Source: an uncultured bacterium (lineage in GTDB: Bacteria > Latescibacterota > Latescibacteria > Latescibacterales > Latescibacteraceae). Taken from it: a stretch of DNA of 40,212 bases. Below are positions 35,474 through 40,212 of this stretch, one piece after another. Position 1 is the first letter of the stretch, and every line of letters begins with the position of its first letter. A program made the position numbers and the translations under genes. The stretch covers positions 1 through 40,212 of the forward strand of contig CAYNWJ010000004.1 in NCBI GenBank assembly GCA_964400815.1, in the 5' to 3' direction. A model generated the notes under the pieces. The model was not told the origin of the DNA, did not search any database, and worked only from the letters and a program-made list of their open reading frames with translations.

Positions 35474-35545
35474 TGCAGGTCTTTCCCGTCCATTATCGGG
35501 AGAATGCGGGAGCGCCGGCAATCCCTGCCGGGTCCGGGAGCCGTC

Positions 35546-36808
35546 TCAGCTTCCCGCGTCACCGCCTCCCCTGGTCAGCCAGCTCAATGGGTCCTCGGGA
35601 TTCTTTCCGTTGATGATCTCCAGAAGCAGGCTCGGAGAACTGTCATCGATGAGGCCCGTGCTCCCCGCAAGTCCGATGATATCCCCTTCTCTCACCTCCG
35701 TCTGCACATTGACGAGAATATCGGACAGGTGCGCATAGATCGTCACGTGCTCTGGGGGATGGAACACCATCACGAAATTACCGTACCCGCGGATGGACTG
35801 TGTCACAATCACCACACCCGAGCCCACGGCGCAGACGGGCTCACCCTGTTTCGTGGCGATCTCGATGCCCCGGTTTCTCGTTTTGGTTTTTGTCTTGGGG
35901 TCGGTGACGACGCCGAATCCGCTGGTCACCCTGCCTTTCACAGGCCAGGGAAGCCGTCCTTTCCTCGAAGCGAAGTCATAATTCTTGATATCGTCGGAGA
36001 TGTCCTCGAGAAACCGGCTTCCGCTCACCTCTCTCGTGCGCTCACGGAGCAGTTTTTCTATCAGGGCCTGCGCTTCTTCCATTTCCTTCTGACGTTCGAG
36101 GATCAGGCGTTTTTCAAGTTCCTCGTCACGCTTGATTTCCTCGAGCAGGGCCTGACGCTGTGTGCGGGTTTTCTGAAGGGACAATTCCTCGCGCTGCTTT
36201 CGTTTCGCAAGACTGCGCTGCGCGGAGACGGCGTCATTGAGTTTTTTCAGGGAAGCATCGAGATTATCGAGGTGCGTGTCGATTTCGTTCATTACGGCGA
36301 CATCCTCTCGCGCCAGTGTACCGAACATCTTGATTCCACGCATCATCGCGGAGACCGATCCGGTGGTGAAAAACAGGCGAAGCGGTGACATCCGCTGGCG
36401 CTTGTACATCGACCGGAGCCGTGCCGCATACTCGTCTGAACGCGCTTCGAGATCGTTCTCCGACTGCATGTAGAGCATGCGGGAGGTGTCGATCTCGCGG
36501 TCGAGCCGCTTTTCCTGGTCCTTGATACGGATCAGGGTGCTGCGAAGCTCGTTGATGTCCTTTTCCGAGCGTTTCAGGTTGTCGAGGACCTTTTTGCGCT
36601 CCTCCTCCTTTTCCTTCAGACGCTTCCTCCGCTCCTCCAGTTCTTTCTTCGACTCCTCGTATTCCTTCCGAAGGTCCTGGATCTTCCTGTCGATTGTCCT
36701 TGAATCCGCGCCCGCCCACGCAGACCGGACGGGCAGATCCGGAAGAATATACGGGGCCGCCGGAAGAACAGCGACGGCACACAAAAAAATTCCGGCACAC
36801 AGACGCAT
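35546..36808 (-). CDS. envC: EnvC-like murein hydrolase activator (coiled coil + degenerate LytM/M23 domain)
   Basis: Signal peptide MRLCAGIFLCAVAVLPAAP and about 250 aa of coiled coil. The C-terminal M23 fold has lost its Zn ligands (NRGIEI in place of HxGxD; SPSLLLEI in place of GPHLHFE). It lies immediately downstream of ftsEX. Confidence 0.85.
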   Translation of the reverse strand: MRLCAGIFLCAVAVLPAAPYILPDLPVRSAWAGADSRTIDRKIQDLRKEYEESKKELEERRKRLKEKEEERKKVLDNLKRSEKDINELRSTLIRIKDQEKRLDREIDTSRMLYMQSENDLEARSDEYAARLRSMYKRQRMSPLRLFFTTGSVSAMMRGIKMFGTLAREDVAVMNEIDTHLDNLDASLKKLNDAVSAQRSLAKRKQREELSLQKTRTQRQALLEEIKRDEELEKRLILERQKEMEEAQALIEKLLRERTREVSGSRFLEDISDDIKNYDFASRKGRLPWPVKGRVTSGFGVVTDPKTKTKTRNRGIEIATKQGEPVCAVGSGVVIVTQSIRGYGNFVMVFHPPEHVTIYAHLSDILVNVQTEVREGDIIGLAGSTGLIDDSSPSLLLEIINGKNPEDPLSWLTRGGGDAGS

Positions 36809-36911
36809 GAATGATCCTTAAAATACCTGAAATCGTTTTTCCATTCAATGGGCACGGGCCTGTTTCAACCGAGCGTAACAGACCACATCACCAAACGGAC
36901 GATTGTACTTC

Positions 36912-37790
36912 TCACAAAGCCCGCCGAACGGCCAGCACGCTTCCCAACAGCCCTGTCAGGGCGCCAAAGGGAACGATGACTGCCATTCCAAGCGCCCCTG
37001 CCCCCTCGAGGATCGCCGGATAGGCGAGCATATGCACATACGCCGAAATGTCGGGAACGGCGTGAAGGAGCCATTTCCAGATACCGTACATCAGCAGGAA
37101 GGATACGAGTCCGGCGCTCAGGCCCTGTATGAATCCCTCGACATAGAACGGTTTTCTGATGAAACCATCCGACGCTCCAACCAGGCGCATGATCTCGATG
37201 GTCTCACTGCGGGCGAGAATGGTCATGCTGATGGTATTCGACACAACCAGCACGCATGAGCCCACGGCGAGAAGGACGAGGGCGAGTTCCCCGAAAATGA
37301 AGAACAGGAAGAACAGATCGATCCGTGACATCCATTCCCTCCCGTATTCGACCGATTCGACCCCACCGGCATCCTCTATCCTGGCGGCAACCCGCTCCAT
37401 GTCCGTCGAGGTCCTGAATCCTTCGCCCATTGTGACAATGATCGATCGCGGCAGGGGGTTTTCATCGACCGCACGCAAGAGATCACTCCCGAAGAGGCGC
37501 TCGAATTCACGGGCCGCGTCCTCCCTGCTCATGATCCGGGTCGAATCGACTTCCTTCATGGCGGATATCACCGCCTCGAGCGCAAGCATGTCCTCGTCGG
37601 AAAGTGAATCCTCGATATAGATGTTTATCTCTTCGCTCTTGCGCACCTTTTCCATGAAACCGTGCGCAAGAAGCGTCACCATGGCGAACACGCAGAGCAC
37701 GGTCAGCGTTACGGTGATCGTAACGATGGACACCGCGCTCATATAGGGCGTCCGGAGCATACCGCCGACAGCCTCTCTCAGCGCGTACAT
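36912..37790 (-). CDS. ftsX: cell division permease-like protein FtsX
   Basis: 292 aa with 4 TM helices and a periplasmic domain between TM1 and TM2. It overlaps the ftsE 3' end by 13 nt. Confidence 0.9.
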   Translation of the reverse strand: MYALREAVGGMLRTPYMSAVSIVTITVTLTVLCVFAMVTLLAHGFMEKVRKSEEINIYIEDSLSDEDMLALEAVISAMKEVDSTRIMSREDAAREFERLFGSDLLRAVDENPLPRSIIVTMGEGFRTSTDMERVAARIEDAGGVESVEYGREWMSRIDLFFLFFIFGELALVLLAVGSCVLVVSNTISMTILARSETIEIMRLVGASDGFIRKPFYVEGFIQGLSAGLVSFLLMYGIWKWLLHAVPDISAYVHMLAYPAILEGAGALGMAVIVPFGALTGLLGSVLAVRRAL

Positions 37791-38437
37791 CCGGTGATCC
37801 TCCCTTCCTCGATGGTGACCACGCCCGACGATTTCCGTGTTGCGAATTCGGCGCGGTGTGTGGCCATGAGTACGGCGGTTCCGGAATGATTTATCTTTTC
37901 GAGAAGCTCAATAATCGAACGCGCGTTGTCCTCGTCGAGATTTCCGGTCGGTTCATCCGCGAGGAGAATGAACGGCTCCTGGACGATCGCACGGGCGATG
38001 GCCACCCTCTGACACTCACCTCCCGAAAGATCGGCGGGGCGGTGGTTCATGCGATGTGTCATGCCGACGACATGGAGGGCCTGAAGGGATTTCTGCTTGA
38101 TGAGCTTGCGTTTCGTGCCGGTGACCTCCAGGGTGAAGGCCACGTTTTCGAAAGCGGTCTTGTCTTTCAGCAGTTTATAATCCTGGAATATGAAACCGAT
38201 TGACCTTCGGTGGAAGGGAATCTTCGAGCGATTGCAAGTCCGCGTCTCCACATCACGAACGCTGACGGTGCCTGCGGTGGGAAATATGTCGAAATGAATG
38301 AGCTTGAGGATCGAGCTTTTTCCCGCACCGGAAGGACCGACAAGATATACGAAATCGCCCTTCCTGACACTGAAGCTCACATCCTCGAGAATCTTTATAT
38401 TGTTCAGCACGAGGCTGACATCCTGAAAAACAATCAT
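37778..38437 (-). CDS. ftsE: cell division ATP-binding protein FtsE
   Basis: Walker A GPSGAGKSS, signature LSGGECQR and Walker B ILLADEPTGNLD. The track start at 38449 is TTG. The in-frame ATG at 38437 gives the canonical MIVFQDVSL. Confidence 0.93.
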   Translation of the reverse strand: MIVFQDVSLVLNNIKILEDVSFSVRKGDFVYLVGPSGAGKSSILKLIHFDIFPTAGTVSVRDVETRTCNRSKIPFHRRSIGFIFQDYKLLKDKTAFENVAFTLEVTGTKRKLIKQKSLQALHVVGMTHRMNHRPADLSGGECQRVAIARAIVQEPFILLADEPTGNLDEDNARSIIELLEKINHSGTAVLMATHRAEFATRKSSGVVTIEEGRITGCTR

Positions 38438-38491
38438 CGCATCACGCAATCATGACGTTCGGCCGTTTCTCCCACAGTATGTCCTCTGATA

Positions 38492-39241
38492 CTACATCCT
38501 TCGGAGCACATAATGAACCCGTTCGGAATCTTCCGAGCCCGGATGAAATGTCATGTCATTGAAAAGAGCAATCCTGTCAAAGGGAGACCCGGCGATCATT
38601 TCCTCGATCTCATCGAGACGGTAGATCCTCTGATAATGGCTTTCGTGAAATCTCCGGCCGTCCCTGATAATGGTGAAATGGTTTTCCTGAATATGCTTCA
38701 CACGATCATAGCGGCAGGTCCTTTCATAGCGAATATCGCCAAAATCCTCCGATATGGTGTTGTGGGAAAAGAAAAGTTCCGAATTCTTGACCGTGCACAC
38801 ATCGAACACGAACAGACCCCCCGGCGCAAGGGCTTCGGCTGCGCCATGGATGGCGGCGCGGAACCTGTCGGTGTCCGTCAGGTAGTTCAGGGAGTCATAG
38901 AGACAGAGAACGGCGTCGAATGTCACGCGGAGAGGAAGAGCATCCATGTCTGCGGTGAAGAGCCTGCGCGGGATATCCCGCCCGAGGAGCTTTTCACGGG
39001 CCCGGACGAGCATGGCATGGGAATGATCGGAACCGGTCACATGATAACCGAGGCGATCGAGCTCGAGCATAAAGCTGGCCGTGCCGCAGGCGAGTTCCAG
39101 AATGCGTTCCGTACTCTCGCCGAACCGTTCGAGCAGGGAATCGATATAGCATGCCCAGGCACGATAATCGACGTGGTCCATCACTCTGTCGTACAGCGCT
39201 GCGAGTTCGGTATATGGTTCGTTGAGAAGCCCGGGAGCCAT
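38492..39241 (-). CDS. class I SAM-dependent methyltransferase
   Basis: Motif I is ILELACGTASF. The track start at 39280 is GTG. The ATG at 39241 is preceded by GGAGG with a 10-nt spacer. Confidence 0.8.
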   Translation of the reverse strand: MAPGLLNEPYTELAALYDRVMDHVDYRAWACYIDSLLERFGESTERILELACGTASFMLELDRLGYHVTGSDHSHAMLVRAREKLLGRDIPRRLFTADMDALPLRVTFDAVLCLYDSLNYLTDTDRFRAAIHGAAEALAPGGLFVFDVCTVKNSELFFSHNTISEDFGDIRYERTCRYDRVKHIQENHFTIIRDGRRFHESHYQRIYRLDEIEEMIAGSPFDRIALFNDMTFHPGSEDSERVHYVLRRM

Positions 39242-39326
39242 ACCGGCCGAACCTCCTGAAGCACCGTTTTCATTTTTCACGCGCCGACGACTCCGTGACA
39301 GTATATGGCATTTCCGCGGATCCGTT

Positions 39327-40212
39327 TCAATTGATACGGATGTCGATATAAGTATCCCTTCGCAGGTCCTGAATGATCCGTTCGTACTCTTCGATGAACT
39401 TCTGCTGTTTGATCAACGGCTCGAGCAATTGACGGTCGTCGCGGATATTCACCTGATGGGACGGCTGATAATCGTCGAGACGCAGGATATGATACCCGAA
39501 CCTGCTCTTGAAGGGTTGTGTAATCTCACCGATCTTCATGTTACGCGCCTGTTCGATGAACGACGGAAGACCGGAATCCTGCATCCCCTGTTCACCGCTG
39601 AGCCAGTCGAGCCTGCCGCCGAGCTCACGCGAATTCTCATCCTCGGAATACTGCCGCGCCATTTCCTCGAACGTGACCTCCCCCGCAATGATCTTCCCGC
39701 GCATTTCGGCAAGACGGGACTTGATCGCCTCCACATCCTGCTCGTCGGGCATGAGATGGATGAGTATATGCCTGACCTCGATGCTCTGGCCGAGAATGTC
39801 CTCTACCTTGATCAGATGGAACCCGAGCATGGTTTCCACGATATCGGAAACTTCTCCTTCTTCCAGGCCGAAAGCCGCATTGACGAAATCCTCGTCGTAG
39901 CCTTCACCCCTCCTGATATAACCGATATATCCGCCATTGTCGGCCGAGCCGGGATCATGCGAATATTCAGCCGCGAGTTTCGCGAAATCCCCGCCGGCCT
40001 CGATGCGCTGCTTGAGCATTCTGAGAGTGTCCCGCGCGGCCGCCTTCCGCTCTTCCCGAACCCTGGGGTAGAGAAGAATGTGGCTGAGTTTGTAACGGTC
40101 GGGGATTTCCGGCAGGGAGTCCCTGTTCGCCTCGATCCAGGATTCCAGCTCCTGGGGCGTAACCGAGACCATACGGGTAATGTCATAGCGTATCCGCTGG
40201 AGCAGAAAGTCC
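39327..40212 (-). CDS. SurA-like periplasmic chaperone/PPIase with two parvulin domains (N-terminus beyond the right edge)
   Basis: Two PpiC-type domains (..SHILL...GGYIGYIRRGE...GFHLIKVED and ..RHILI...GGRLDWLS...GYHILRLDD). The reading frame stays open upstream of the track ATG (40172) to the window edge (..DFLLQRIRYDITRMVSV..). Confidence 0.85.
   Translation of the reverse strand, partial: DFLLQRIRYDITRMVSVTPQELESWIEANRDSLPEIPDRYKLSHILLYPRVREERKAAARDTLRMLKQRIEAGGDFAKLAAEYSHDPGSADNGGYIGYIRRGEGYDEDFVNAAFGLEEGEVSDIVETMLGFHLIKVEDILGQSIEVRHILIHLMPDEQDVEAIKSRLAEMRGKIIAGEVTFEEMARQYSEDENSRELGGRLDWLSGEQGMQDSGLPSFIEQARNMKIGEITQPFKSRFGYHILRLDDYQPSHQVNIRDDRQLLEPLIKQQKFIEEYERIIQDLRRDTYIDIRIN

Noticed and set aside
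35474-35545. Hairpin CCGGCA-ATCCC-TGCCGG (35515-35531) between the convergent DUF164 and envC-like genes as a bidirectional terminator
   Set aside because: It has a 6-bp stem with no flanking T- or A-tracts on either side. It may still function, but the evidence is insufficient to call it.

Overview
This is a 40.2-kb GC-rich bacterial chromosomal segment, densely packed with about 36 protein genes and 2 tRNAs, mostly housekeeping and mostly on the minus strand.

Gene content, left to right:
- a partial ABC1/UbiB-like kinase, translationally coupled to a phasin-like gene
- htpG, then dnaJ preceded by an untracked 51-aa CxxCxGxG mini zinc-finger ORF
- purA
- a split SAF + UxaA-C dehydratase pair
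- a GAF-GAF-PAS sigma-54 enhancer-binding protein
- a BASS-family symporter and a secreted tandem alpha/beta-hydrolase
- leuS
- a tail-anchored hypothetical protein, a UPF0104-type membrane protein and a Gfo/Idh/MocA oxidoreductase
- the phoH / 7TM-HD (PgpH-like) / ybeY / corC operon
- hisS-aspS
- an ABC-2 transporter pair
- a YhaM-like OB+HD nuclease and 5-formyl-THF cyclo-ligase
- tRNA(CAU) and tRNA-Val(CAC)
- Nif3 + DUF164 zinc ribbon
- an EnvC-like degenerate M23 protein, ftsX and ftsE
- a SAM methyltransferase and a partial SurA-like PPIase

SurA, FtsEX-EnvC and sigma-54 suggest a diderm bacterium; I cannot assign taxonomy. I see no CRISPR array, transposase, integrase, phage or recognisable defence/toxin genes, so I do not claim a novel protein system.

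The unexplained signal is non-coding:
1. Three copies of a ~110-150-bp element sit 13-16 bp upstream of the predicted -35 boxes of purA, leuS and hisS. All three have the same gene-relative orientation, and two are bounded by short direct repeats.
2. A textbook -24/-12 sigma-54 promoter plus a strong terminator delimit a ~145-nt candidate sRNA right after the sigma-54 activator gene.
3. A 302-bp MITE-like element has perfect 17-bp terminal inverted repeats.
4. An ~870-bp gap with no ORF I accept as coding lies upstream of purA; its first ~620 bp are unexplained and begin with an orphan terminator.

Several ORF-track starts are over-extended because they use alternative start codons. I give revised starts where a Shine-Dalgarno (SD) sequence, a stop/start overlap or a signal peptide supports them.
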